Of a stretch of DNA of 64,000 nucleotides, positions 19,375 to 29,261 are shown in pieces (within the stretch, counting starts at the first letter, position 1; every line of letters starts with the position of its first letter). The notes under the pieces were generated by a model. That model made no database searches, was not told where the DNA came from, and saw nothing but the letters and a program-made list of their open reading frames with translations. Origin of the DNA: Candidatus Nomurabacteria bacterium (lineage in GTDB: Bacteria; Patescibacteriota; Minisyncoccia; Phycocordibacterales; UBA9973); contig JAPLXQ010000010.1 in NCBI GenBank assembly GCA_026395995.1, forward strand, positions 2,587 to 66,586. Direction: 5' to 3'. The position numbers and the translations under genes were made by a program.

Positions 19375-19420
19375 AATTTAAAAGTACGAAAATTATAAAA
19401 TTTAGAAATTATTTCCAATG

Positions 19421-19507
19421 CGGAGGCGGTGGGATTCGAACTCACGGACCCCGTAAAGAGTCTCTTGTTTTCAAGACAAGTGCCTTCAACCACTCAGCCA
19501 CGCCTCC
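19421..19507 (-). tRNA. tRNA-Ser (anticodon TGA), type II with long variable arm
   Basis: Acceptor GGAGGCG/CGCCTCC, anticodon stem-loop CTTGT CTTGAAA ACAAG, long variable arm, T-loop TTCGAAT. Confidence 0.8.
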
Positions 19508-19521
19508 GCGCTAGAAACAAT

Positions 19522-19755
19522 TTATTTCATTCTTAAAACTCGCTTTACTGAATTTAATACATCAGTATTTGTTTTCTTTAAAACCCAGAAAACATAAATC
19601 ATGTCCAAAATACCGGCTGTATTGAGGACTACTAATGCTACGAACCATCTTTTGTCGTTATTCTTTGATGCTAACCATGAAGAATAACACTTCCAGGCTA
19701 GTGTCCAAAGGATAACTGCGACAAAAAACACACCTTCTTTACCATTTAAATTCAT
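19522..19755 (-). CDS. Small membrane protein
   Basis: ORF track, two hydrophobic helices. Confidence 0.3.
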   Translation of the reverse strand: MNLNGKEGVFFVAVILWTLAWKCYSSWLASKNNDKRWFVALVVLNTAGILDMIYVFWVLKKTNTDVLNSVKRVLRMK

Positions 19756-19802
19756 TTCAAAATCATATCAGAAAAAGGCTTTTTATGCTAGTATCTCTAT
19801 AT

Positions 19803-20255
19803 ATGAGATTTTTAGGAGTAGATTTTGGGATGAAAAGAATAGGTTTGGCCATTTCTGATGAAAATGGTACTTTGGCCTTCCCAAAAGAGATAGTCTTGAA
19901 CGATCAAAATAAATTCACTCGAATTAGTGAAATTATTAAACAAGAAAATGTCGAAGAAATTGTGATTGGAGAGTCTGTCGATTTTTCTGGAAGGTTGAAT
20001 ATGCTGATGTCACATATTGAGCTCTTTATTACAGAACTAGAAGAAACTTATCATTTACCTGTGTATCGACAAAAAGAATTTTTGACCACTGTCGAAGCTC
20101 GACGATCCAAAAATGGTAAACAAGAAATGAGCCCTTCTCAAGCCCACAGTAAACTCAAAGATACAAAGAGAGGGAGAGTAGATGCTTCTGCTGCTGCTCT
20201 CATTTTGCAAAGATATTTAGACAAGAGAAATAAATTATTAGAAAAAAATAAATAA
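19803..20255 (+). CDS. ruvX: Putative pre-16S rRNA nuclease / Holliday junction resolvase-like YqgF (RuvX)
   Basis: LGVDFGMKRIGLAISD RNase H-like motif at N-terminus. Confidence 0.75.
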   Translation: MRFLGVDFGMKRIGLAISDENGTLAFPKEIVLNDQNKFTRISEIIKQENVEEIVIGESVDFSGRLNMLMSHIELFITELEETYHLPVYRQKEFLTTVEARRSKNGKQEMSPSQAHSKLKDTKRGRVDASAAALILQRYLDKRNKLLEKNK

Positions 20256-20259
20256 ATAT

Positions 20260-20634
20260 ATGGAAAAAATTAATTTTGAAGATTTTAAAAAAGTTGATAT
20301 TGCAGTGGGGCAGATTTTATCTGCAGAAAAAGTTCCAGAGACAGATAAGCTTTTAAAATTGTCTGTAGACCTAGGTTCTTTCTTTGTTGAAAATGCAGAA
20401 GGAGAGAAGGAGGAGAAAAAAGATATTCGCCAAATCGTTTCTGGTATCTCACTTTATTTTCCTGATCATTCTGTACTCGTCGGCAAGAAATGTATGTTTG
20501 TCACAAACCTCGAACCTCGTATGATCAAAGGTCTTGAAAGTCAGGGGATGATACTCGCAGTTTCTACTGAAGACGGAAAATTTTCTTTACTTGAACCAAA
20601 CGCTGATATTCCTGCGGGAACTAGAGCAAAATAA
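20260..20634 (+). CDS. tRNA-binding domain protein (CsaA/Trbp111-like)
   Basis: FKKVDIAVGQILSAEKVPETDKLLKLSVDLG typical tRNA_bind (EMAP) domain. Confidence 0.7.
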   Translation: MEKINFEDFKKVDIAVGQILSAEKVPETDKLLKLSVDLGSFFVENAEGEKEEKKDIRQIVSGISLYFPDHSVLVGKKCMFVTNLEPRMIKGLESQGMILAVSTEDGKFSLLEPNADIPAGTRAK

Positions 20635-20731
20635 CCCCACTCATATATTAAAATAATTTTCCTTTACAAAATAACTTTATTTTGTTATAGTTTTTTTGAA
20701 ATTACATTGTAAAATTTAATACTATAAAACT

Positions 20732-21235
20732 ATGAAGTTAGATGAAATTTTTAATAAGTATCAGTTAGAGGCCATAACTGTTGATTTTAATTTTACTGAT
20801 AAAAACAATCGTGTTAGTAAATCAATAGAAGAACTTTCCTTAAAAGGAATAAAAGTTAATTCATCGAAACCAGGTTCAATTTCTTTAGAAGAAATAGAAA
20901 GGAGTGACTTTATAAAACTTGATAAGAGTATTATTCTTGCTGTAACAACCTTGCTATTAAATGATAGCTATATTTCATTTGCTGTTGGTTTGGAAAAGTA
21001 TGAAAAAGAAATAATTGAAGAATTAGAAGCCTTTCCGGGGTTCAAAGAGTGGGGTGATTCAAAAATGGAACAAAATAAGCTTATAAAACATCAAAAGTAT
21101 GAAGCAGCTGCAAGAAGAAGAAACATCACAGATTCAATTGCTAAAGAATTTAAAATTGAAGAAAAAAAAGAAGAAATTATTGAAAAATACAAAAAGAAAA
21201 TTCAGGAACAGTATTCGAACCTTTTCATGGAATAG
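20732..21235 (+). CDS. Hypothetical protein; terminator hairpin at 21241-21273
   Basis: ORF track; aaaccttattg...caataaggttttt hairpin. Confidence 0.3.
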   Translation: MKLDEIFNKYQLEAITVDFNFTDKNNRVSKSIEELSLKGIKVNSSKPGSISLEEIERSDFIKLDKSIILAVTTLLLNDSYISFAVGLEKYEKEIIEELEAFPGFKEWGDSKMEQNKLIKHQKYEAAARRRNITDSIAKEFKIEEKKEEIIEKYKKKIQEQYSNLFME

Positions 21236-21283
21236 ATAAAACCTTATTGGGCAAAATACTCAATAAGGTTTTTATTTTGTGCA

Positions 21284-22038
21284 AAACCGCATGAGGGTAG
21301 TCCTCATGCGGTTTTCATTAATATTGAATGTGATATACTTTTAACATGGAACGAAAAGTAAAATTTTCAATAAATGAATATTACCATTTGTACAGTCGAG
21401 GTGTTGAAAAAAGAAAAGTTTTTCTTGACCCAAAAGACCACAAAAGATTTATGGCACTTCTATATATAATGAACAATTCTGAACCTTTTACTTTTGGTAA
21501 TTTTTTAAAACATAATAAGATTGAAGATATTTTCTCTAAAGAAAAAGAAAAAACACTAGTTTCTATTGTAAGTTATACTCTTATGCCAAACCATTTTCAT
21601 TTATTGGTCTATGAAAATGAAGAAGGAGGAATAAGTAAATTTATGAGTCGATTGCTGACTGCGTATTCGATGTATTTTAATACTAAATATAAAAGAAGTG
21701 GTCCTTTATTTGTGCACCCATTTCGTTCTGAACATATTTCAAATGAGTCACAGTATTTATGGATTTTTTCATACATCCATTTAAATCCTATTGGAATTAT
21801 AAAAAAAGACTTTAAAACCAAAGGATTCGGTAATAAAAAAATAGCTCAAAATTTTTTAAAATTATATCAATACTCTAGTTATTATGAATACGAAGGTGGT
21901 AATCGTATTGAATCAAAAATCCTTGACCTTTCTTTGGTACCAGAATATTTACCAAAAATCTCTTTTGATGTTGGAAAATATGAAAAATGGTTTAAAACAG
22001 AAGAAGAGTAACCGCATGAGGGTAGTCCTCATGCGGTT
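21284..22038 (+). mobile_element. RAYT/IS200-like HUH transposase gene bracketed by identical 28-bp hairpin repeats
   Basis: aaccgcatgagggtagtcctcatgcggtt at 21285-21313 and 22010-22038 (palindromic ccgcatgagg/cctcatgcgg). Confidence 0.65.
21346..22011 (+). CDS. HUH (Y1) tyrosine transposase, IS200/IS605 TnpA / RAYT-like (paralog)
   Basis: YHLYSRG...LMPNHFHLLV...SYIHLNPIG; ~45% identical to 4951-5625 product. Confidence 0.7.
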   Translation: MERKVKFSINEYYHLYSRGVEKRKVFLDPKDHKRFMALLYIMNNSEPFTFGNFLKHNKIEDIFSKEKEKTLVSIVSYTLMPNHFHLLVYENEEGGISKFMSRLLTAYSMYFNTKYKRSGPLFVHPFRSEHISNESQYLWIFSYIHLNPIGIIKKDFKTKGFGNKKIAQNFLKLYQYSSYYEYEGGNRIESKILDLSLVPEYLPKISFDVGKYEKWFKTEEE

Positions 22039-22061
22039 AAGAAATATGTTAATATGAATAT

Positions 22062-22652
22062 ATGCATTTATTTGAAGTTACAACTTTAATAAAAACCTTA
22101 GGTTTGTTTGGAATCTTTACTGTTGTTTTTGCTGAGTCAGGATTATTTTTTGGTTTTTTTATGCCAGGGGACTCTTTGCTTTTTACTGCTGGTTTTTTAT
22201 CGGCTGCTGGATATTTTAATGTAGCTTTTCTTTTTGTAGGTGCTTTTATTTGCGCCTTTTTGGGAGATACTGTCGGCTATTGGTCTGGTAAAAAGTTTGG
22301 ACCCAAACTTTTTACCAGACCAAATTCTTTTTTCTTTAATAAAAAAAATCTAGACAAAACAGCGCACTTCTATGAAAAATATGGAAAGAAGACTGTGACT
22401 ATTGCACGTTTTGTGCCAATAGTAAGAACTTTTGCACCGATTATGGCCGGTACAGCCAATATGAATTATAAAGATTTTTTATTTTATAATATTTTAGGTG
22501 GATTTTTTTGGACAGGGACGATGATATTGGCTGGATATTTTTTGGGTCACTCAATAAAAAATATTGATGCTTATATTTTACCAATTACTGGATTAATTAT
22601 TTTAATTTCTGTAATTCCAATCATTGTAGGCTTCTTCCATAAGAAAAATTAG
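22062..22652 (+). CDS. DedA family membrane protein
   Basis: GDTVGYWSGKKFGPKLF DedA/SNARE-associated signature. Confidence 0.75.
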   Translation: MHLFEVTTLIKTLGLFGIFTVVFAESGLFFGFFMPGDSLLFTAGFLSAAGYFNVAFLFVGAFICAFLGDTVGYWSGKKFGPKLFTRPNSFFFNKKNLDKTAHFYEKYGKKTVTIARFVPIVRTFAPIMAGTANMNYKDFLFYNILGGFFWTGTMILAGYFLGHSIKNIDAYILPITGLIILISVIPIIVGFFHKKN

Positions 22653-22667
22653 GGTATAATATAGTTA

Positions 22668-23750
22668 ATGTTAAATCGGTCATATAATAAATTTTTTCCA
22701 TTACCAGATTTTCTTTCAAAACCATCTTTTGGTTTAGATATTTCTGATGAATCAATAAAATTTATTGAAATCTTGCAGACACATAAAGGGTTACATATTG
22801 GTAAATATGGCGAAAAGAAATTTCCAGCTGGAATTATCGGGTCTGGTAAAATAATTGATTCAAAAAGATTAAAGGATATTTTACTCGAATTAAAAAAAGT
22901 AGAAGGTATGAATTCTGCTAGAGTTTCTTTGCCAGAAGAGCAAGTCTATCTTTTTAAATTAAAAATTCCCAGAGAAAAATCTATTAATATTCGTGAAGCC
23001 ATTGAGCTGTCTTTAGAAGAATATGTTCCAATACCACCTGCAGATATAATTTTTGATTATGAGTTATTTTCTGAAGATGATCAGAATTTTGAAGTACAGG
23101 TCTCTGCTGTACCAAAACAAATTATCGAAGGTTATATTTCCGTTTTTAAAGATTGTAATTTAGATGCCCCTTCTTTTGAGCTTGAAGCTCAGGCTGGAGC
23201 TCGGTCCATTGTTAAAGATGGGGATAATGATACTTATATGATTGTAGATTTCGGAAATGACCGTACAGGCCTTTCTGTTGTCAGCAATGGAATGGTCGTC
23301 TTTACTTCGACTCTCGATATTGGTGGTATTTTACTGACAAGGTTGATTGAGAAAAATTTTAAAGTTAGCTTTGCCGAAGCTGAAGCAATGAAACTCAAAT
23401 ACGGCCTGAGTCGTAATACTGGTAGCCAAGATATTTTCTCAGCACTTTTAAATGGAGTTTCTATTTTGCGTGATGAGATTAGTAAAAATTTTATTTACTG
23501 GCATACACATAAAGATGAAAATGGTAAAGATAGGCCAGCAATAAAAAAGATAATTCTTTGCGGGGGAGATGCAAACTTGATTGGTTTGGTAGAATATCTT
23601 TCTATTACAATGCATCAAAATATTGAGCTGGCTAATGTCTGGACGAATGTCGTCTCATCAGATAAATATATACCAATCATGGTTTTCGAAGAATCACTTT
23701 CTTATGCTACAGCTGTCGGTCTAGCCTTAGCAGACTTTGTCGACGAATAA
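22668..23750 (+). CDS. pilM: Type IV pilus assembly protein PilM (actin-like ATPase fold)
   Basis: FGLDISDESIKF start, size ~360 aa, followed by PilN/PilO-like genes. Confidence 0.7.
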   Translation: MLNRSYNKFFPLPDFLSKPSFGLDISDESIKFIEILQTHKGLHIGKYGEKKFPAGIIGSGKIIDSKRLKDILLELKKVEGMNSARVSLPEEQVYLFKLKIPREKSINIREAIELSLEEYVPIPPADIIFDYELFSEDDQNFEVQVSAVPKQIIEGYISVFKDCNLDAPSFELEAQAGARSIVKDGDNDTYMIVDFGNDRTGLSVVSNGMVVFTSTLDIGGILLTRLIEKNFKVSFAEAEAMKLKYGLSRNTGSQDIFSALLNGVSILRDEISKNFIYWHTHKDENGKDRPAIKKIILCGGDANLIGLVEYLSITMHQNIELANVWTNVVSSDKYIPIMVFEESLSYATAVGLALADFVDE

Positions 23751-24297
23751 AAATATGATTAATTTATTACCCTTAGAAGAAAAGAAAAGAATTGTAAAGG
23801 AATATTATTTCCGTCTTTTTATATTTTCTTTATATACTGTAGGTATTTGTTTTATCGTAGCTGGTGTCTCATTGTTACCATCCTTCTTTCTTGTTTCCTT
23901 GAAAGAAAATATCTTAACTAAAAAATGGGAAACACTTCAAGCTATGCCAGTATCACAGCCAGATAAAGAAACAATGGATGCTATTTCAGATGTTAATAAA
24001 AAAATAGACTTGATTACAAAAACAGAAAAAGAAAAGTTTTTAGTTCTTGAAAATGCTTTTAATCAAGTAATTTTTCAAAAAATGCCAGATATAAAATTGA
24101 CAGAGATTGCTTATGATAAAAAAATTGAAGGTACTAGAAGTATAAATATAAAAGGTTTTGCTTTGAACCGTGAGCGTCTACTATTGTTTAGGCAATCCTT
24201 AGAAAATAATCCTGCTTTTTCAAAGGTAGATTTACCAATTTCCAATTTCGTTAAAGAGAAAAATATTAGTTTTAATTTAAATCTTACTTCTATTTAA
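23737..24297 (+). CDS. pilN: PilN-like bitopic membrane protein
   Basis: Single N-terminal TM, position downstream of pilM with 14-bp overlap. Confidence 0.45.
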   Translation: MSTNKNMINLLPLEEKKRIVKEYYFRLFIFSLYTVGICFIVAGVSLLPSFFLVSLKENILTKKWETLQAMPVSQPDKETMDAISDVNKKIDLITKTEKEKFLVLENAFNQVIFQKMPDIKLTEIAYDKKIEGTRSINIKGFALNRERLLLFRQSLENNPAFSKVDLPISNFVKEKNISFNLNLTSI

Positions 24298-24298
24298 T

Positions 24299-24844
24299 AT
24301 GAAAAATGAAAATAACATTTTAATAAAAGTATTTCTAGCAATTTTATTTAATGCTGTTTTTGTCTTTGGTTTTATTTATTTGTACAATCAAATAAATAAT
24401 AAAAACATAAGCGCTGCAAGCCTGACCGAACAAATTAATACTGAAACAGATCGTCGTGATAAAATCACAGCCTTAAATTCTGAAATAAAAGCTATTGCTA
24501 AAGAGCGTGGAATGCTAGCGACACACTTTGCTAAAAGCTCAGACGTCGTACCGTTTTTAGATAATTTACAAGCTTTAGCAAAATCAGTAGGAGCGACAGC
24601 CGAAGTCTCGTCCTTAGATTTGACTGCCGAGGGAGGGGGATTGGAAGTAAAAATGAAAGCTACTGGTTCTTTTGTTTCTGTTTACAAACTTTTGTCCCTT
24701 TTAGAAAATTCTCAATATGAACTCGATTTTTCTTCTGTAATTTTTAATACTGTTTCAGCTTTGGACAATACTGGTAGCTTGAAAACCGGAAATCAAAAAT
24801 GGGATGCATCTTTTAATTTAACCTTGCTTTCTTTTGAAAGCTAA
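24299..24844 (+). CDS. pilO: PilO-like membrane protein
   Basis: Single TM + coiled-coil, synteny. Confidence 0.4.
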   Translation: MKNENNILIKVFLAILFNAVFVFGFIYLYNQINNKNISAASLTEQINTETDRRDKITALNSEIKAIAKERGMLATHFAKSSDVVPFLDNLQALAKSVGATAEVSSLDLTAEGGGLEVKMKATGSFVSVYKLLSLLENSQYELDFSSVIFNTVSALDNTGSLKTGNQKWDASFNLTLLSFES

Positions 24845-25169
24845 TAATATTATGGACTTAAAATTTTTAAAACCTAAAAAGAAAATAAATTTTACAAATA
24901 AAGAATTTGTTTATAACCCAGTTTTTCATTGGAATATAATTCTCTATACTTCAATAATTTTAATCTTAGCTTCATTGGCTTTTGGTGCATTTCTTTTTTA
25001 TAAAGAAAATAATGCTATTAATTCTTTGGATGATCAGGAATTACTTTCAAAAGAAGCTATCCTTAGTAAGGAAAAAATACAAAGAACCTTAGACGTCTTT
25101 ACTGTTCGAGAAAAAAAATCAATTGATATTTTGAATAGTGTACCCGTAGTGACTGATCCGTCGTTGTAG
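24834..25169 (+). CDS. Hypothetical membrane protein (pilus-assembly cluster member)
   Basis: ORF track; overlaps pilO end by 11 bp. Confidence 0.3.
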   Translation: MKANNIMDLKFLKPKKKINFTNKEFVYNPVFHWNIILYTSIILILASLAFGAFLFYKENNAINSLDDQELLSKEAILSKEKIQRTLDVFTVREKKSIDILNSVPVVTDPSL

Positions 25170-25174
25170 GGTTA

Positions 25175-25224
25175 ATACACCCAAATATAAAAAAGTACCC
25201 TAGGGTACTTTTTTATATTTGGGT
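25175..25224. terminator. Long perfect hairpin (bidirectional terminator)
   Basis: cacccaaatataaaaaagtaccctagggtacttttttatatttgggtg. Confidence 0.55.
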
Positions 25225-25295
25225 GCCTTCGGTTGGAATCGAACCAACATCGAAGCCTTAGAAGAGCTCTGTTCTATCCATTGAACTACGAAGGC
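25224..25295 (-). tRNA. tRNA-Arg (anticodon TCT)
   Basis: Acceptor GCCTTCG/CGAAGGC, anticodon loop CTTCTAA, T-arm GTTGGTTCGATTCCAAC. Confidence 0.8.
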
Positions 25296-25494
25296 AATGT
25301 TTGGCGCGAAATACAGGACTCGTTGCGCTGTGAGGGGTGTATTCTTGACCCGAACTCCCCGTACTATTCACGATACCATTTTATTTTCACTTTCTCAAAT
25401 ATAAGCTCAAAAATAAGGAGAGTTGGGTGAAATACCCTTGTTTTATCAGCTTGATACTTTTTTAGATTCAAAAAATGTGCAATAATTCATTGTA

Positions 25495-25755
25495 ATGAAA
25501 AAGAAACTAGAAAAAGAATATACTGGTGCAAAATCTAAAAAAGAGTTTTTGAAAATAATGGAGCGTTATGACTCTGGTAAGGGAGTAGAAATAATTATAG
25601 ATGGGAAAGATGGTAAACTTCAATCTTATCAAAAGATTCTATCTAGGACTGAAAAATCGCCTCAAATTGGGCGTAAACGGCTTAACATCAGCTTTTCATC
25701 TGTAGATCAAGATAATGAGCAGTTGTTACATTTTCTTCTTAATAAAACGAAGTAA
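25495..25755 (+). CDS. Hypothetical protein (island cargo)
   Basis: ORF track. Confidence 0.3.
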   Translation: MKKKLEKEYTGAKSKKEFLKIMERYDSGKGVEIIIDGKDGKLQSYQKILSRTEKSPQIGRKRLNISFSSVDQDNEQLLHFLLNKTK

Positions 25756-25779
25756 CACGCACTTCCGTATTAAACTTTT

Positions 25780-27342
25780 ATGAGTAATAAAGCAGATGAA
25801 ATACAAAAAGTAAGAGAGATTTGTTTAGTGAATGCCGAAGCTTCTTTGTCTGTTGCTGAAAGAGAATTAGATAAAGGTGTAGATAATATTTGTTTTCATT
25901 TAGCATTACTTGCTTTAGAAGAAATAGGTAAGTCAATTTTAGTAGCAGTTGGGTATACTATTTCAGTTACAGGTAAGGAAAAGGAAGATATTAAAAATGC
26001 TATGGATGATCACGTAAAGAAGATATTTTGGGCGCTCTGGAGTGGTTTTATTTTTGGACATGCTAGTCCCGAAGATGTTGAAAAAACAAAAGGATTAGCA
26101 ACTAGTTTACACGAAAATAGACTTACATATTTATATACTGACCCAAACGACTTAATTGACCCTAAAGATAAAATCCGTGTTGGTGAAGCAAAGACACTAA
26201 TAGATTTAACACGATTACGACTTGAAAGAGAAAAAACTACTACTGAAGTACATGAATTTAATGCAGACGAAACCGAACAATTGAAATGGTTTTTTTCTGC
26301 ACAAGAAGACCCTGAACAAAGAAAACAAATTTTTAGTAATGTTTCAATTGAGAAGTTAAAAGAATTTCAAAATGGTAGAGATTGGATAAAATGGTTATAT
26401 GATGCATTCAAAGAAAATAGAGATGCGATGTTAAAACTTGCACAACAAGAACTTTCAAGAGGGAGACCAGCAACTGAAGTTGAAAGACTTGAACCAAAGT
26501 ATAAATTGCGCTTTCGTATACAAAGTCAGTCTCACACAATTAGAGATAATGCTTTTGTTGATTGGAATAAAGAAGTTACAGGTACAAAGATATACAAAAC
26601 AACACCAAAAAATTTACCAATTTACGCAAAATCTGAACTAGTTATTGAACTTATACTTTATAAAAGTACTTCACCGGCTTCTCTATGGGATACTGGTTTT
26701 ACTTTAGCAAAAACATTTGTGAATGCTATAAACATAGGAACAATGGGGCTATTCTGGTGGAATATGCCGAAAGATGTTGAGAAGTACTATGATGAAATAA
26801 CGGACCTTGAAGCCGATAAAAGTGAAAATATAAAATTGAAAATAGTACCACAAAAAAGACTAATGATAGATTGGGGAGAAGATGCAAAAATGACTTTGAA
26901 AAAAGAAAATATAGGTGAAATTTCTTTAGTCGTTGCATTTCTTATGTATCAACAAGAAAAAGTAAAGAGTTTTATGGAGGCGTATGCTTTAGGGTTAACC
27001 TTTTTAAGTAAAACAGATATTCATTTAAGATTAGAAGTAAATGCATTTAGTGAGTTTTTCAAAGCTTTCAAAGAAGCATTGACTGGTTTGGGTGATTGGG
27101 ATGGTAAAACTGACTTATTAGAAACCTCTAAAAAGATTTTTGAAAAGGACTTTCCAGCATTTAAGCAACTGGAGGCGACTATACAAATTGGGCTTAACTT
27201 GAAACTAGAACAGGGTGATTTGTTATATAATATAACTTTGACTGAAGTTGTTGCTATGAAGATATATTGTGATTTTTATATAAAACTTAAAGCTAGGGAT
27301 TATTTCAAAACTGAATTAACTCAAGAAGTTAAAGAAAAATAA
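25780..27342 (+). CDS. Hypothetical 520-aa protein; N-terminal region faintly reminiscent of AbiV/HEPN-type abortive-infection proteins (unverified)
   Basis: ORF track; segment CFHLALLALEEIGKSILV; no NTPase motifs. Confidence 0.3.
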   Translation: MSNKADEIQKVREICLVNAEASLSVAERELDKGVDNICFHLALLALEEIGKSILVAVGYTISVTGKEKEDIKNAMDDHVKKIFWALWSGFIFGHASPEDVEKTKGLATSLHENRLTYLYTDPNDLIDPKDKIRVGEAKTLIDLTRLRLEREKTTTEVHEFNADETEQLKWFFSAQEDPEQRKQIFSNVSIEKLKEFQNGRDWIKWLYDAFKENRDAMLKLAQQELSRGRPATEVERLEPKYKLRFRIQSQSHTIRDNAFVDWNKEVTGTKIYKTTPKNLPIYAKSELVIELILYKSTSPASLWDTGFTLAKTFVNAINIGTMGLFWWNMPKDVEKYYDEITDLEADKSENIKLKIVPQKRLMIDWGEDAKMTLKKENIGEISLVVAFLMYQQEKVKSFMEAYALGLTFLSKTDIHLRLEVNAFSEFFKAFKEALTGLGDWDGKTDLLETSKKIFEKDFPAFKQLEATIQIGLNLKLEQGDLLYNITLTEVVAMKIYCDFYIKLKARDYFKTELTQEVKEK

Positions 27343-27354
27343 AATAATTGGGAT

Positions 27355-29205
27355 TTAATTTACAATTTGTTTAATTATCTCTCTTATTTCCTTACTTTCA
27401 GCATTTGTATCTTCAGTAAGATATGTTGTCAGTTTTTTATTACAGAACTCAATTGTTTCTGGAAGGCCTTTTTTGATACCAAGATAATGTTCAAGGTCTC
27501 CATTTTTTAAGATATATATTTTTTTCGTGTATTCTGTATTTATTTTTGTTTCCCAGTTTGTATTTCTTAATTTGAACGCTGTAATCTCAGTAGAGCTTCT
27601 TAAACCAATTCCTTTTTCAGCTGGGTAAAATCTTTCAATAGCAAAGTCTAAATCACCTATACAGTAAACTAAAAGACCAAAACTTTCAAATAATTTACTC
27701 CATTCGTTATAGCCACCTTTTCCACCCATATATAAAATAGCGATTTGCTGGTCTAGTTCTGGATATTTTTCTTGTATTATAGACTTAAAGAAATATCGGT
27801 CAGTATCACCCTCAACTAAAAGAACTTTTTTTGCGAAGAAAGCATAAGTGGATCTAGTGTTATCAAGTATTTTAATTAAAATTCTTTGATCAGTAGACAA
27901 AGTGGGTGCTTTTATCTCTGTGTTTCCAGAGCTATTTAAGGAAAAACGTTTTACTTGGTTTATTGTTGAAGAGTTTATTAAGGCCTCCGAGTGAGTTACT
28001 AGAATATACTGGCAACCTTGTTCTTTATTCAAATCTCTAACAACTTGCAAATACTCATTTTGAAATTGGTAGTGTAAATGTATTTCTGGTTCATCAATAA
28101 TAACTAACCCCCCTTTTAGGTTACCACGACCGTAAGCTTCAAAAACAAGATGGATGATTGCTTTTTGTCCCGCACTTAAACTGTTAATATTAGCTAAAAC
28201 TTTCTTTCTTCTTATGTCAAAAAACTCAAATGAGTACTGCCATGTCCGGAGATCAATTAGTTTTATTTTACATTCAAGATTAACGACTTGTAGTTTTTTA
28301 TTTATTGAGAGGATAAAATCAAGGTTATTAGCTTTTGTTTCACATTCAGCTTCAGTTAGTTTTTGTGAAATTAGATTAAAATGTTTTTCTGCAATTTGCA
28401 GTCTTACTAAAGAAAAAATACTTGGTTCTGTTTGGTCATTTTCGTTAAGACTTTTTGAAAAATCTTTAGTTTTTATTGTTTGTATTTGCTGAATTGGATG
28501 CTGATCTTTTAGCGATATTGAATTAGTAAATGCGTGGTAATTTCTGTAGCTACTTATAAGAGTGAAGCTATCATATATTGAAGTTAGTAAGTCTTCCGGG
28601 TGTTCTAAATTATGAAGAGATATGAGTTCTTTGTAAAAATTGTAGTCAGAAAGATATTCAAAACCAAAATCTTGCGAACCATCTACAAGCGTAACAGTAA
28701 ATTTTCCTGTATCTTTATTCAAACTTATATCAAATACATACTCACTTTGTACAGTAGTATTATTGGTAATTGTTTTTGTAGTATAAGAACTTGCTATAGC
28801 ATTAAGTTTAGTAATATTATCTTGAATATGTTTTATGTTTTGTAAATCAATCTCATCAAGAGCTATTACTAATCTAATTTTTTGAGGATCATCTGGTGTG
28901 TCCCAGTTTGGGTCTAGTCGGAAGTGTGAATAAGATTGAGTATTTATTGCCGATAGTATTTTTTGTTTTTCTTCATGTTTAAGATTTTCTCTACCAGAGT
29001 ATGAATCTTGATTTGTGTTGTATTGTTTACATAAAATTCTCTTAAAAATAAAGTTAATTATTTCAAGAGCCGTTGATTTTCCTGCTCCATTTTCTCCTAT
29101 AATAATATTTAATCCATCTTCAAAAATCACTACTTCAGCATCGGTAAGGCTGTTATAATATTTGAAACTTAATATATTTGAAATCTGAAGTGATCTTATT
29201 TTCAT
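27355..29205 (-). CDS. OLD-family ATP-dependent endonuclease (N-terminal ABC-type ATPase + C-terminal Toprim), class 1-like
   Basis: Walker A GENGAGKST, Walker B VIIDEPEIHLH, H-loop VTHS, Toprim motifs LLVEGDTD and GDLD. Confidence 0.7.
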   Translation of the reverse strand: MKIRSLQISNILSFKYYNSLTDAEVVIFEDGLNIIIGENGAGKSTALEIINFIFKRILCKQYNTNQDSYSGRENLKHEEKQKILSAINTQSYSHFRLDPNWDTPDDPQKIRLVIALDEIDLQNIKHIQDNITKLNAIASSYTTKTITNNTTVQSEYVFDISLNKDTGKFTVTLVDGSQDFGFEYLSDYNFYKELISLHNLEHPEDLLTSIYDSFTLISSYRNYHAFTNSISLKDQHPIQQIQTIKTKDFSKSLNENDQTEPSIFSLVRLQIAEKHFNLISQKLTEAECETKANNLDFILSINKKLQVVNLECKIKLIDLRTWQYSFEFFDIRRKKVLANINSLSAGQKAIIHLVFEAYGRGNLKGGLVIIDEPEIHLHYQFQNEYLQVVRDLNKEQGCQYILVTHSEALINSSTINQVKRFSLNSSGNTEIKAPTLSTDQRILIKILDNTRSTYAFFAKKVLLVEGDTDRYFFKSIIQEKYPELDQQIAILYMGGKGGYNEWSKLFESFGLLVYCIGDLDFAIERFYPAEKGIGLRSSTEITAFKLRNTNWETKINTEYTKKIYILKNGDLEHYLGIKKGLPETIEFCNKKLTTYLTEDTNAESKEIREIIKQIVN

Positions 29206-29261
29206 TGTGTAATTTTAGCACTTTTTAATTAAAAACCTATTTTTATGGGATAGATTATCTG

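Noticed and set aside
25233-25430. 65-aa plus-strand ORF
   Set aside because: It overlaps tRNA-Arg(TCT) and the putative att remnant, so it is a spurious translation.
27355-29205. Gabija (GajA/GajB) or PARIS assignment for the OLD-like gene
   Set aside because: There is no adjacent UvrD-like helicase and no separate Toprim/DUF4435 partner gene. The ATPase and Toprim domains are fused in a single standalone protein, so I call only a class 1-like OLD.
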